A stretch of 64,000 bases of DNA from Asterias rubens (Eukaryota): assembly GCF_902459465.1 (NCBI RefSeq), contig NC_047062.1, positions 14,880,001 through 14,944,000 on the forward strand. Reading direction: 5' to 3'. The translations under genes were made by a program, and so were the position numbers. A model generated the notes under the pieces. It was given only the letters and a program-made list of their open reading frames with translations, made no database searches and was not told where the DNA came from. Position 1 is the first letter of the stretch. Each line of letters opens with the position of its first letter. Positions 12,650-25,355 of the stretch are shown in pieces.

Positions 12650-13125
12650 TGAAAAGAAGGTGTACTTGAACTTTGATTTATTGGTGATCATATACCCGTG
12701 GTTCTATAGAGAAAGCAGAAATTAACCCCAATCAATTATACATATTGGGCTGGTAACAGTAATCATCGTTATACATTATACGCTATGATATGGGCCTACA
12801 TGCATTTATATGCATTGTCACAATGTGGATGTAAACAAATCGAAACGTGAATTACATGGAAAACCAACTTCCCTTAAAATCACCCTTTGTAATAATTAAA
12901 ACAGTACTCACGATTAGGATGCACGCACGGGACTTTGGTGATTAATAGAAGTGATTCGATGATTGGATTAACCTGGATATTTAGGAATTATTTGAGGAAT
13001 TTACGTGATTAGTTTGGATTTGGACTTGTAAAATGGCGATTGGTATGATCATGGAAACATTGGAGATTTTGATTCAAGAGAGGGCGCTATAACGAAAACT
13101 GTCCTGTTGCGGAGACTTTCTGACA
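12650..13125 (-). repeat. 5' LTR (476 bp)
   Basis: TGTCAGAAAG...CTTTTCA on the minus strand; matches 5997-6472. Confidence 0.95.
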
Positions 13126-13659
13126 TGCATATTATACGTAGGTTCGGTGCATGCACGCCCGCTTACGCGCGCACAGTACATGTACAGTCATGTACATGTC
13201 CACCGGACGGTTTTTGCATAGCCCCGGACACGATTGCATATGGAAAAGTGTCCGGAGCGGACAGTATTGCATGGCGGACACAATTGCATCTGACACCGGC
13301 CACAATCCCAAAGGGGGAATTTTAAAATCAATACAGGCCTAAACAATCAAGGAAAATAGCAATGGTGAACCTATTTCGATGCGTTCTTTTATTTATAAAA
13401 TTCCCAAACTTAAAAACAACAACATCTGAACAGGCCTATTATAATAAAAGGCCTATACGCCTACAACCGCAAACAATAAACCAATAGCTTTGAAAATCAT
13501 CCCCTCCACCTTTCAATTTTGATCGAGAAAAAGTCAGTAAACCTCATGGAGAAAGTGTAATAACTATGTGGGCCTATAGGTTAGCATTTTGGGTCACAAA
13601 TAAATTGTTAGTGCACACCGGTTACATTTCAATTAATTTGATTCACCGTGTGTTTAAAG

Positions 13660-14012
13660 ACACTGGACACTACTGTTAACTGTCAAAGACTTGTCTTCTT
13701 TGATTCACAGTGTGTTTAAAGACACTGGACACTACTGTTAACTGTCAAAGACTTGTCTTCTCACTTGTACACAAAACAACAAATCTGTGAAAATTTGAGC
13801 TCAATCGGTCGTCGAAGTTGCGAGATAATAATGAAAGGAAAGGCACCCTTGTCACACGAAGTTGTGTGCTTTCAAGGCGCTTGATTTCGAAACCTCGAAT
13901 TCTAAATCTGAGGTCTCGAAATCAAATTCGTGGCCCATTACTAGTTACCAAGTAAGGTTTTATGCTAATCATTATTATGAGTAATATTACCAATAGTGTC
14001 CACTGCCTTTAA
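13660..14012. mobile_element. Kolobok-type MITE family A, with a ~60-bp tandem duplication of its left end
   Basis: TTAAAGACACTGGACACTA...TAGTGTCCACTGCCTTTAA; the left end is repeated at ~13648-13700 and ~13708-13760. Confidence 0.75.
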
Positions 14013-14093
14013 TTTAAATGAAAAAAATATATATTTTTGATTGTGCGCATTGCGCCTTACAATCGTTCCCATCACCATGTATCTCCTTCCGCT

Positions 14094-17000
14094 TCACCCG
14101 CGAGGTGGCCGGTGATATCCTGCTCTGAGCACCTCTTGAAGCTCACTCCAGCTGATGGATTCGTCGAGGCGTTCCAGCATGCAAAACTTGTTAATTTTGA
14201 TGCTGGTGTCCTCGTTGCCAAGGATGATTTCGCTTACTGTCACTTGGTAGTTCTTGCCGTTGTCGCACAATACGAAGCTATCTGACGTATGTGCTGAATC
14301 TACGTTGTAATCTGATGGAGAGATAATCATGGAAAGGTCCTCTAAATTGCTCAATTTTGGCTACAAACTCAGCTGCCTTTTTCTCTGCAAACTGATGTTT
14401 GTTGTAAACACACATAACAACTTTTTAATCAATACTTTGTGTGGCCCACATTCCATCATCTGCAAGTATCGGAATGACATGAAACAAGTGCCCCCCCCCC
14501 CCCCCCCCCACTCTCCCCATGATGTTTTCACTTATGTTTTAGTGTTGGAGCTCGAAACATGCTGACTCATTTTTATTTTATTTTTAGCATTTAAGGCCAA
14601 TTTGCGTACATTTTTGTTTGCGGTTACTTTATTATAATACAAAGGCCAGGGAAAACAACATGAATAAATAAGGTAAAAATAAGAAGTATATGCCTTCTAA
14701 ATATAAAAATTGCTACTTTAAACAAGAAGAGCACGTGTTTTAGGTTATTTTATTGATGCAATTATGTTGAATTACCTGGAACCGTTTCTTTAAAAACTCT
14801 GTCTGTTTCGACATCCACTGCAAAGAATGCTTCTCCGTTTGTGTAATTTACTTCGGCGAAAATGGTGTCTAGGCATACATTAAATAAATGAAAACAGAGT
14901 TATTATCATGAGGTCATATCAGAGACACGGGTCTGTATGACCCAACTTGCTGGGCTGTTATTTTTTAAAGCCATTGGACACTTTCGGTACAGAAAAAAAA
15001 GTTCACTGATTTACAAATAACTTACAGGGTTTACAGCACGTAATGGAGAAAGACTTCTCTTGAAATATTATTACATGAAATGCTTTACTTTTTGAGAAAA
15101 CATTAGAACAATATCAATTCTCGATATCGAAAATTCAAATTTCTTTTAAACGTATGTCATGACACGGCGAAACGTGCGGAAACAAGGGTGGGTTTTCCCG
15201 CTTTTTTCTCCCGACTCCGATGACCGATTGAGCCTAAATTTTCACAGGTTTGTGATTTTATATATAAGTTGTGATACACGAAGTGTGGGTCTTGGACAAT
15301 ACTGTTTACCGAAAGTTTCTATGGCTTTAACATCGGTCGTGTCACAAGACCAATGTTAAAGGCACTGGACACTATTGGTAATTGTGAAAGACCAGTATTC
15401 TCACTTGGTTTATCTCAACCTATGCATAAAATAACAAACCTGTGAAATTTTGAGCTCGATTGGGGTTGGAGTTGCGATATCACTATGAAATAAAAAAAAA
15501 ACACCCTTGTCACACGAAGTGGTGTGCTTTCAGATGCTTGAATTCGAGACCACAAATTCTAAACTTGAGGTCTCGAAATCAAATTTGTGGAAAAGTACTT
15601 CTTTCTTGAAAGCTAAGCTACTTCAGAGGGAGCCGTTTTCACAATGCTTTAAACTATCAACCTCTCCACATTACTCATTACCATGTAAGGTTGTATGCTA
15701 ATAATTATTTTGAGTAATTACCAATAGTGTCCACTGCCTTTAAAGGCATCGGATACGTTTGTATTGCCAACGACCAGTATTCTCACTTGATGTATCCCAA
15801 CATTATGTATAAATAACCAATGTTTGTAGGATTTGAGGCATTGCATGGTGAGGTATCAATGTATATTTGGTTTGCGGTAACACCATGTGTGTATCTACTT
15901 GCCAGGTAGAGTTGTTCTTAGGGAACTGTCTTGCTTTATTCTACTGCCGTGGAGTAGATCGATGTGTGTATCTACTTGCCAGGTAGAGTTGTTCTTAGGG
16001 AACTGTCTTGCTTTATTCTACTGCCGTGGAGTAGATCGATTATCTCTACTCCACGGCAGTAGAATAAAGCAAGACAGTTCCCTAAGAACAACTCGTATAC
16101 CTGGCAAGTAGATACACACATGGTGTTACCGCAAACCAAATATACATAACCAATGTTGCGAACAAGTTCGGCTGAATTGGTCATCGAAGTTGTAAGAGAG
16201 TAATATGACAACCGTGCGTGCACAAATTGGTGTGCTTTCAGATGCCATCACAAATTTTTGAGTGCAAATTATACTTCATTCTCAAAAACTAATGCTACTT
16301 CAGAGGGAGCCGTTTCTCGCATGGTTTTATATCAACAGCTCTTTAATGCTCGCCACCAGGTAAGTTTGTATGTAAGTAATTACCAGTAGTGGTCCGTGCA
16401 TTTCAAAGAGAGCCATAACAGCCAACAACGAGGGCTAGGGTCCGTTATAGGATGTAGGCCCAACATAGAATGCATGGGTTAGGGCACCGAATTCTCAACA
16501 TGTAAAAAAAAGTCAGATTTCCCCTCTGTGCTCCATTTTGTTAACAATTTTAACAATGAGCTTCTGTCTTCTTACGAAATGAAAATATTGTTGAGTTTCA
16601 AAATGAAAAACAAAATAATAGTAACAATAAAGCATAGACAAATGAAAAGTAGTTTAAAAAATAAGTGATTAATCTTGATTAAACAATAGTAAACATATGG
16701 ATTGTTTATAAATACAGAAATGTGTGGAATTAAATCTTATGTACATACCCTCGCTACAAGGTGACGACATCACATAGTAGCATGCAGATTGTATGCAAAC
16801 TTCCTCAGTTATCTGGAGACAAGCTAAATACAAGAAAACATTGCGAAGAAGTTATAATTAGGCCTACACTTACAGCATTTCGCATGACGGTGTTTCTGGA
16901 AGAATCCCGAAATCCTGCTCTAAAGAACTGTCATCCGTGTTTCAAAGGCTGTTTCAGTGGTCTCTTGACTATAACATAATTTCAAAAAATTGTGAAAATT

Positions 17001-18260
17001 TCAATTGTCTTAACCTTCAGATCTGAATGACTTTAGATAAACCGATTGCTCTCACCTCGTCAGTTGTGAAATGCTTTGAATTACTTGTGCATTGTGAATT
17101 TATTCTAGTGACACAGACATGTGATACTTCATGTCATATTACTAAATATCCTGATGGCACGTCACTAAGACGGTTTGATTTCTATGAACAACGAATCTTC
17201 TTATTGCCAAGAGGTTGGTATTTCTGTTAACAAACACATAAACAAGTGCAAATAGCATTCCCTCCAAAAACAAATTCGCTCAAGTTGGATGGCGCATCGA
17301 GGGTTGTGTGTTAGAGTGGTGGAATTATTGTCGACCAATATTTTTGAGTAAAAGTAACGTAATTGGTGCGGGTAGTATTGTTGTAAAGGGAACTGGACAT
17401 TCGTGTTTGCGCCGTGTTCTCTTGCGTTATTTGTTTGGTACGTTTTGGTTGCCTGGCCAGTTAGTTTAGATATTACACACGTGCGTTTTATATGTTACTC
17501 TGTTAACTTTAGCTTACCAGGAGGGACCGTGCGCTCTGTCTCCAAAGCCTGTATAAAATAAATAAAGAAGGCAGGTCATTTCGGGAGTGCGACACAAGTT
17601 CCTGAACAAGTTAATCAAGAAAATGAGTCGGGGTAGTGAGCAGGTTTAAGGAGGACCGAGAAGTATGGGGGTAGGGAAAGAGCTCATCACACATAAAACC
17701 CGCTGTTGCGACATTGAATCCTTTTTTTTTTTATGTTACAGAAGTTTTTGATGATTAAATAATAATAATAAGTTGGGATAGTTTTACTTACTCACAAACA
17801 GGCCGATCATTCGCTATCTTGCAAACAAAGCTTCTAAAAATTAACCGTACCTACGCGCTTTTTTTTTGCCAATAAAGGATACAAAGTGCCATGTATTTTT
17901 AACTGCACTGTGATTGCCTTATGGACCTTGTAATTTTAATGGTTACAATGTTCTGTGGTGCAATATATTTTTAGCAAATACATTATAAATTGATGTCATG
18001 TTTAAAAAAAGGTTTTTTCTTTGCATGGTTCTAGAGCCTTGAGCACCTTGTTGGTGGATACGTGCGCTATTTATAAGACTCCAATGATATTTGATTATAA
18101 TAGTCCAAAGCGTGGGTATCATGTTCACTCTCCAACTCACCCTTAGAAGTTCTTCCTCCAACTCGATCTCACGACGAGTGTTGCTGGCTACTGCGGTGGC
18201 TTGTGCATCTTGAACAAACAAGGAGCACACCGCCACGGTGATTGCCAGAAATCGAAGCAT
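14094..18260 (-). CDS. Putative two-exon secreted protein, possibly frameshifted
   Basis: Exon 18141-18260 encodes signal-peptide-like MLRFLAITVAVCSLFVQDAQA and ends at an AGG|GTGAGT donor (phase 0). A coding-like ORF at 14094-14354 ends RPPRG*. The acceptor is uncertain (14391 or 14360). Confidence 0.4.
15859..16147. mobile_element. Palindromic MITE with an exact 77-bp tandem duplication in its left arm
   Basis: Arms ATGTATATTTGGTTTGCGGTAACACCATG.. and ..CATGGTGTTACCGCAAACCAAATATACAT; 15885-15961 is repeated at 15962-16038. Confidence 0.85.
16880..17095 (+). pseudogene. Degenerate non-LTR retrotransposon RT fragment (Rex1/CR1-like)
   Basis: Translates in pieces to KELSSVFQRLFQWSLD and PIALTSSVVKCFELLV, matching the LINE RT motif NDYRPIALTSxxxKCFERLV. 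Confidence 0.65.
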
Positions 18261-20458
18261 ATTAGTGGGTCTAATCGTCAAGAACTACAAGAAAAGTATT
18301 TCGTGTAGGCCTAACACAGTGTTTCGTGGTTTGAAGCAGCAGCAATGACATGTCACACTGGCAACCCCTGACAAACATTTGTTTTCGTGCCGCACCTTTT
18401 CAAACATAGCATTGTGAGCAGCCGCTGATGTATTCAAAACATTCGGTCGCACATTTTATTTCAGGGTCATGTGGTTCGTTCCAGTTTTGGAATAAAATAC
18501 AATACAGTAAAATACAATACAATAGTCGCCTACGGCGTAAACCTTTTTGAGTTCGCCATGAATTATAGCGAATATGAGGCCACCATAGAACATACATAAT
18601 ATTTGTGAATGTGGAAATAAAGGAATAACCCCACACTGATCAACATGTCATGTGGTGAAGTTTTGAATAAGGATTTATGCATGGTTTATGTGTATCGTTC
18701 CGGACTTTAATCTTTTTCAATACGACATCTAGCTTGATGAATATACACCTAGAATGCTATACTGCTTGTGTCGAAGCTATACAGGTGCAAACAATCGAAC
18801 CAACAGAAAGGGGGATGTATTTGTTAGTCGTTGGATGTAATACCTGGATGATATACATACAGTAAACGAATAGTGTGCAGAAGCCTATATCCTTATCCCC
18901 CCCCCCCCCCCTCAAGGACCTGGACCCAATTATTTCATAAAGCTGTTAAGTAGAAAATACTGCACGACAAATTTATTTGCTAATCAAAAAATCAGTGGGG
19001 CACCAGTCACAACAGTTAACTTCTGTAATTTATTTTGGATGGTAACCTGTTTCTGTTAAAAGCAATACTTTACGGTGCTTAGCATTTTTTTGTTGCTTAC
19101 AGGCTTTATGAGATTGTGACACCCCACTTTGCTTGGCAGTTGATAAATTTGTTCACCGACTTGACAGTTGACATTGTTAACAGGCTGGTTCATGAGTCCC
19201 CAAAAGTTGGTGTCGAAGTATTTTGAATTTATCCTTGATATTTCCTTAAAGGCAGTGGACTATTGGTAATTACTCAAAACAATTATTAGCATAAAACCTT
19301 ACTTGGTAACGAGCAATGGGGTTGATAGTGTAAAACATTGTGAGAAACGGCTCCCTCTGAAGTGCCATATTTTTCGAGAAAGAAGTAATTTTCCACGAAT
19401 TTGATTTCGAGACCTCAGATTTAGAACTTGAGGTTAGCTGCAAGGGACTAGTGTTGTGGGATTTCGTTTGAATTATGAGAACTACTTATACTCCTTTTTC
19501 TATAGCACCATGTAATGGTTTACATGGTGCTGTGGCCCAATATGCTGCCAATCCAGCCAGGAACACCGGGCGAACCCCTTCTCTTTTCGATGTGTATGCT
19601 GGGTTCTTTTACGTGCGTCAATGCCTCATGTTTATATATATTTTTGTATTCATTCAAAGTTTTAGTTTATACAAATCTGAAAGCTTTCACCCCATTGAAA
19701 GGTATCAATGGTCAAATAATCTTATCACGTTAGAAAAAAGCAGTGTATACCGAAGTTAAAAATATGCCAATTTTGGGTCTCAAATAATCAAAATATAAAA
19801 CAAATACAAAAAAGCTCTCATTTAAAATTTACAAAAAGAAAACACATAGCGACGACTAAATCAATAAATAACTGCAAGGGTGATTAAACAAAATTACCGG
19901 ATGAAAACGTTCAGTCCAGACTTACCGAACGGAGCAGCCATCTGATAGTAGCATGCAGTTAGTGAGCAACTCACTTCAGATACGGCGAGACAACCTATCC
20001 CGAAAAAGAAAAAAAAACAATTTTGCAAAATAATTAACATAATTAACATAATTAACTGTTAATCTTTCTTGGAATGGGGGGGGGGGTAGCTGCATGGTAA
20101 ATTTCGCAATAGGCTACCCATTGCACAAGCGCTTACTGTTGAATGAGTTGCATGCTGGTCTTACGCCGAATTCCGCGTTTTGTATCACGATTCCCTCCGC
20201 TTACGTGCAAGTGGCCTTGTTCAAGGATCTTTACGCAAGAACCGGCCCGCTCTGAATTCACGAACCGCATACGGTACATAACAGTACTTAATACCGTGGG
20301 GTCGAAGCATGTTTTTTTCGAGGTTTCGACCTCGTAATGACGTTGCGGCTTCGTTTGTACGAGGTTCAAAAACCTCGAAAAACCATGGTTTGACCCCACG
20401 GTATCAAGCACTGTACTGCACCGTGCAGTATGCAGTTCGTGAATTCAGAGAGGGCCGG

Positions 20459-22041
20459 TGTCAGATGCAATTGTGTCCGCCATGCAATAATGTCCGATCC
20501 GGGGTTATGCAAAAACCGTCCGGCGGACATGTATAATGACTGTTCATGTATGTGCGCGCGTAAGCGAGCGTGCATGCACTGAACCTACATAATATTATGC
20601 AGCATGAGTATTCACGTATGTTATGATTGCAGTAACGGATTCGCAATCCGTTATTACGGATTAGTAATCCGTTATTACGGATTAGTAATTCGTTATTACG
20701 GATTAGTAATCCGTTATTACGGATTTGTAATCCGTTTTTACGGATTCACAATCTGTTATTACGGATCAGCAATCCGTTATTACGGATTCCCTCGAGGATC
20801 CCCCGAGGGCGCTATGTGCTGGTTACTCAGCCTAGAGTGCAGTGGTTTGATTGACGAGAGCTATCGAATGGCGTCCGCCATTTTGTGGAGTCAAAGATTT
20901 GACACCACCAACAAATTACGAACAGTTTTACTTCACGTAGTATAAAGAAAATCACACAAATGGCATTGTGTGCGGTCATTACATTATACTTTAAAAACAT
21001 CTTTCCAACCATTTAAATTTACTTCATAACATTCGCCAAATCCAGGGCAATGTGTACTGTTTTTAGGGACCGATTTCTGCAACGTTACATGTTAAATGTT
21101 AAATGTTCAACAAAAAATAATAATAAAAACAACTGTTCATGTTTCCATCATGGTTTATTGGACTTGAAATCATAGTTTTTCTGTTAAGCAAATAACGAGC
21201 GTTTTCGGAAATTTGAAGGGTATGGATACATGTAGATATATCATGACAAAAAATGCTTCACGGTGGAGACTCGACTTGATGTATTTCATTAAAACTACTC
21301 AGATGTAATCAATGTCAATGTTGCCAACCAAGTGATGTTAGTTTGATTTTTATCCTTTTATTTATTTCACTCTGGGGACTTAGTAAGTCATTGGGTCACC
21401 CAGAATTAATAGAACTACAACTGTCTTCTATAATCACTGTTCTTAGGACAGTTATATAATTCTCTGAAGCATCTTCCTTACACTTAACTCCGTCGGGATC
21501 TAAGATTCCTAAAAAAACGGCGGACAGTTCCCTGTCCAAATTGCGAATCCGTAATAACGGATTATGAATCCGTAATTACGGATTGCTAATCCGTAATAAC
21601 GGCGCTCATCCGTAAAAACGGATTACTAATCCGTAATAACGGATTGCTCATCCGTAATAACGGATTGCTCATCCGTAAAAACGGATTGCTAATCCGTAAT
21701 AACGGATTGCTAATCCGTAATAACGGATTTGAAATTTATTTTTTACTGGCGCTAATGGGCTTCCGTAGAATACCAAACGGCAGAACATTTCCCATGTCAT
21801 TCATGACATGCACTTGGCTTGTAAACAAATGGCGAACGTGTTCCGTCGACCGAGGGCGTTTAATCTACTGCAAGGATGGTTTTTCACGGGACGGACACAA
21901 CTGCATATGCAAATGTGTCTGGGCGGACACAATTGCATTATGCAGCAGCGTCCGGGCGGACAAACCGTCCGGCGGACAATATTGCATATGCAATCATGTC
22001 CTCCGGATAGTATTTCATAGAGGACATAATTGCATGCGACA
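20459..22041 (-). mobile_element. TGT..ACA/CCGG MITE copy 2, interrupted by a foldback element
   Basis: CCGG|TGTCAGATGCAATT at 20455 and AATTGCATGCGACA|CCGG at 22028-22045. The host breaks after GATTGCAG (20632) and resumes at AATACCAAACGG (21769). Confidence 0.8.
20633..21768. mobile_element. Foldback-like element with inverted arrays of 21-bp self-complementary units
   Basis: Left array of AATCCGTTATTACGGATTAGT units (~20640-20790) and inverted right array of AATCCGTAATAACGGATTGCT units (~21543-21730). The right terminus is CTGGCGCTAATGGGCTTCCGTAG; the left terminus is missing. Confidence 0.7.
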
Positions 22042-23879
22042 CCGGTGCTTGCGTAAAAAGCCTTGGACAAGGCTTTTCGTACAAGCGCCGAAGTTCTGCG
22101 CTAACCTTGTAGAGATTACCACTAGTAATGTCTGGTAACATTGAGTATACGCACGCGCAGAAGCCAAAATTCACCGTGAAATAGTATACGCTTGCGTAAG
22201 CACAGAATTTCCCGATTTCGTAAGTGCCGATTCTGCGCTTAAGGTGGAAGAGGGCTACAGCACGGCCATAATCCTGCCCTCAGTCCATGTCGCTATTCGC
22301 TCTGGTCCTTATCGAAACCTCACCAGCAATCCCTCAAGTCACAAACTATGAGGCACCATGGAAATCAAATCCCCTTTCCACGGCAATAACTATTTTTATG
22401 TAAAACAAATCGCTGCGTTAATATCATTATCTTACCGGACTGACTGCGCTCCATCAACAAAGCCTGAAAAGTAATTTAAAAAAATAAAAAAACATAATAA
22501 AAAAATGAGAAAGAATGCAAGTAATTTTTACTTAAAATTTCAAAGATTTGTCCCTGGGAGTCTATGTTGGTCTTGTAGCCTACACACACCAAACTTCCAA
22601 ACTGGTTTTATAAAGTAAAGTATAGCAGGATACTCGTTAAAAAGATTGGGTATACTCACAGCCTTTAAACCCTTTCTCTAAATGTTCGTTCCAACTCAGG
22701 AAAATTACTGAAATTCTAAAATTGATATTTAAAAAGTAGCAGGATATACTTTTTCAACAAAGTTTTGTAATGCATATCACATTATGTGGCATTATACCGT
22801 CTTTTCGTTCATAACAGTGTCTTCTGAACGTTTCTATTTGCTATTAAAAAGCACTGAAAAAGTCCAATGGGAACAAGGGTTTATGTCTGGTTCTAAACCG
22901 GAACCCGAGGTCGTCTTTGAGGCGCCGAGCCAACAATATCATTTAAATCATATGCCCACTATAAGTATTAGATTCCAAAATAACATCTATAGAGGAATTG
23001 TAAACACATCTTCAAAATAATTTTGTTTCCCCCATTACGTTGTATTTTTAAAATCGTGTGTCCTTCGGGAATTTAGTCTCTTTCAATCGGCCATGTTGCT
23101 TACTTGACTGAAAAGAAGCTACAGTTGCACCACAATGGAGCCAACAAACGAGGGGGTCTAACTTTTTTTCTGCTTACCGCTTCAAGGAAATTGGGCCCAG
23201 CTCGATGATAAAATCCAGGGGGGTGGTTAAGAAGTGGTCAGCAAACTGTGGTCAGGTCAGAGACCCCAGTGAAGTGCCCCCCCCCCCCCCTGCTCCACTC
23301 CGCACTTCATGGCGAACGGCGACGTGTGTGTAGTGTAAGAGTAGTGATTTGAATTCTGAGTTGGTGGCCTGCCGTTTTGACCCTAGGCTGCAGAGCCTTC
23401 GAAAAAGACTCTTCTATATAGGGCCTAAATGTCAGGCAATTTGCGATCATTTTTTATTCAACCTTTTGGTTGGTATTTAGGTTGAAACAAATTTCCGCAT
23501 AATATTATTATATTTTTTATAACAAAATTATAGTTCCCTTCTCAAGCTCCATCTCGCGAAGGGCGTTGGCTGTGGTTTGCCTCTTGATCATGGTATTATA
23601 AACATCAAAAATACTTCAAAAATTAGAGGGGTTTGGCGTGTGTATTGTGGCAGAGCTGACAATAAGACGTCTTCAAGTTGAACAGCAAGCAAAAGTCAAA
23701 CCACCAAAGCACTCGGCTGACATTTAGATCGACTGTGGTTAAGTTTGACTCTTGTCGGCCACCCGAACAGAAACTACTTTACTCGGTGTGTTTTTTTCTA
23801 ACTGTTTTCTAAATGTATTTCTTATTTCCTTCTGTCGATGGCCCTAGTAATAGCTTGAACATCTGAAGACAGGGGCCGG

Positions 23880-24313
23880 TGTCAGATGCATTTGTGTCTG
23901 CCATGCAATAGTACTATCCGCTCCGGACACTTTTGCATTATGCAATCGTGTCCGGGCTATGCAAAAACCGTAAGCGAGCGTGCATGCAGTGAACCTTTAA
24001 TATGCAGCATGAATAATCACGTATTTTATTATTGCAGCGAATACCCAACGGCCGAACATTACCCATGTCATTCATGACATGCACTTAGCTTGTAAAAAAA
24101 TGGCAAACGCGTTCCGTCGATCAAGGGCGTTTTATTTACTGCAAGGACGGTTTTGCACGGGGGCGGACACAACTGCATATGCAAAAGTGTCCGGGACAGC
24201 AGCGTCCGGGCGGACACGATTGCATATGCAAAACCGTACGGCGGACATTATTGCATATGCAATAATGTCTTCCGGATAGTACATGTATGCATACAGGACT
24301 TTTGCATGCGACA
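23880..24313 (-). mobile_element. TGT..ACA/CCGG MITE copy 3
   Basis: CCGG|TGTCAGATGCA at 23876 and TGCATGCGACA|CCGG ending 24317; the body matches the other copies with internal deletions. Confidence 0.85.
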
Positions 24314-24569
24314 CCGGCCCAGGCAAGGAATGGCTCTAGATGACCTAGAGAGGTCGCTCTAATTTAGCCGGTCACCTGGTCTCCAAGCTCATTTGTGCAC
24401 GTTTGCCTGCTTTACGTTTGTGGTGACCTGACTATTATACGATGAGCAGTCAAAACATGAAATTTTCATCAAGAAGGTTACTCATTCTGGCCGGACTAAT
24501 CGGCTATTTACTTTAGTAAGAAAAAGTTAGTTCGTAATAGAGTAAGTCTTTATAAACTTCTGTCTTGGA

Positions 24570-24862
24570 AAAGTTTCCGTATGGCGTCACCACTTTTTCA
24601 TTCGATAAAAAATAATATAGGAACTTATTTACCTGATTGGTATATCCCTTTTGAAGTTTTTGTAAAAATGAGTGAAAAAGTGGTGGCGCCATCCCATATA
24701 CGGAAAGTTATCCACTGTCTTATTTGCTTCGGAAAAGTTTCCGTATGGCGCCACCACTTTTTCATTCGATATGAAATAATATAGTATCTTATTTACCTCA
24801 ATGAGATATCCCTTTTTGTAAAAATGAGTGAAAAAGTGGTGGCGCCATACGGAAAGTTATCC
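24570..24862. mobile_element. Two tandem copies of a small palindromic MITE (third copy ~34716-34838)
   Basis: TTCCGTATGGCGCCACCACTTTTTCA...TGAAAAAGTGGTGGCGCCATACGGAA inverted ends in each unit. Confidence 0.75.
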
Positions 24863-25039
24863 TTTGCTTCCTCCATTCATCTTTTCAATGTCTGGTTTTA
24901 ACTCTAGAACCTAGTTTGGCCTGTTCTCATAGTCGTAGAATTTTTTTTTTTAAGTAGGCTAGATAGAAGATACGATAGGGCACGTAGCCTGGGGAAGGGT
25001 GGGTTGGGACTTACTCTATGGTTGGGAGTACTATGTGTA

Positions 25040-25355
25040 GTAGACCCAGTAACTGGGGCGCTGTATTCCTTTTTTTGAAATTTTGACATTTTCTGTCGTA
25101 CTAGCCGATAATGTCAAAATTCGAAAAAAGGAGTACAGCGCCCCAGTTACTGGGTCTAACTGTGGACCATGCTTATTATGACTCGGGTCAGGAGGTTCAC
25201 TCCGCCGCCACCATGTCCATACACATTAATACTAATAGTGATAATGTGACACTATCACTATCACTCAGTAGACCCAGTGTGACTGGGGCGCTAGATGACC
25301 GATAATGTCAAAATTTCGAAAAATGGAATCTAGCGCCCCAGTCACTGGGTCTACA
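25040..25355. repeat. Two related short palindromic elements (AGACCCAGTNACTGGGGCGCT..AGCGCCCCAGTNACTGGGTCT)
   Basis: Inverted ends at ~25041-25160 and ~25270-25355. Confidence 0.6.

Larger units (their letters stand above)
5997..13125 (-). mobile_element. Full-length BEL/Pao LTR retrotransposon
   Basis: Two 476-bp TG..CA LTRs, a 5-bp TSD TGCAT (5992-5996 and 13126-13130), PBS, PPT, and a gag-pol ORF in BEL order (Gag-PR-RT-RH-IN). Confidence 0.97.
5693..13295 (+). mobile_element. TGT..ACA MITE in a CCGG site (Ginger-like), copy 1, split by the BEL retrotransposon
   Basis: CCGG|TGTCGCATGCAATT at 5689-5706 and AATTGCATCTGACA|CCGG at 13282-13299. The halves 5693-5996 and 13126-13295 join to match the copy at 58660. 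Confidence 0.8.

Noticed and set aside
12616-12691. ORF-track N-terminal extension MITNKSK... of the 1874-aa ORF
   Set aside because: It starts inside the LTR and reads through the PBS; translation more plausibly starts after the PBS.
7753-12725. Many 60-170 aa ORFs overlapping the BEL pol gene
   Set aside because: Antisense or alternate-frame shadows of gag-pol with no recognisable domains.
14488-14509. Poly-C/poly-G and poly-T runs (also ~3047-3074, 18896-18911, 23277-23290)
   Set aside because: Simple homopolymers, common in this kind of genome and error-prone in assembly.
17379-17713. Possible solo LTR (TG..CA, TATA-like and AATAAA motifs)
   Set aside because: No matching TSD could be read and there is no second copy in the window.
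20633-21768. CRISPR-like arrays of palindromic 21-bp repeats
   Set aside because: The units are contiguous with no unique spacers, there are no cas genes, and the context is eukaryotic; treated as foldback TIR arrays. The ORFs 20604-20945 and 21644-22138 are translations of these repeats.
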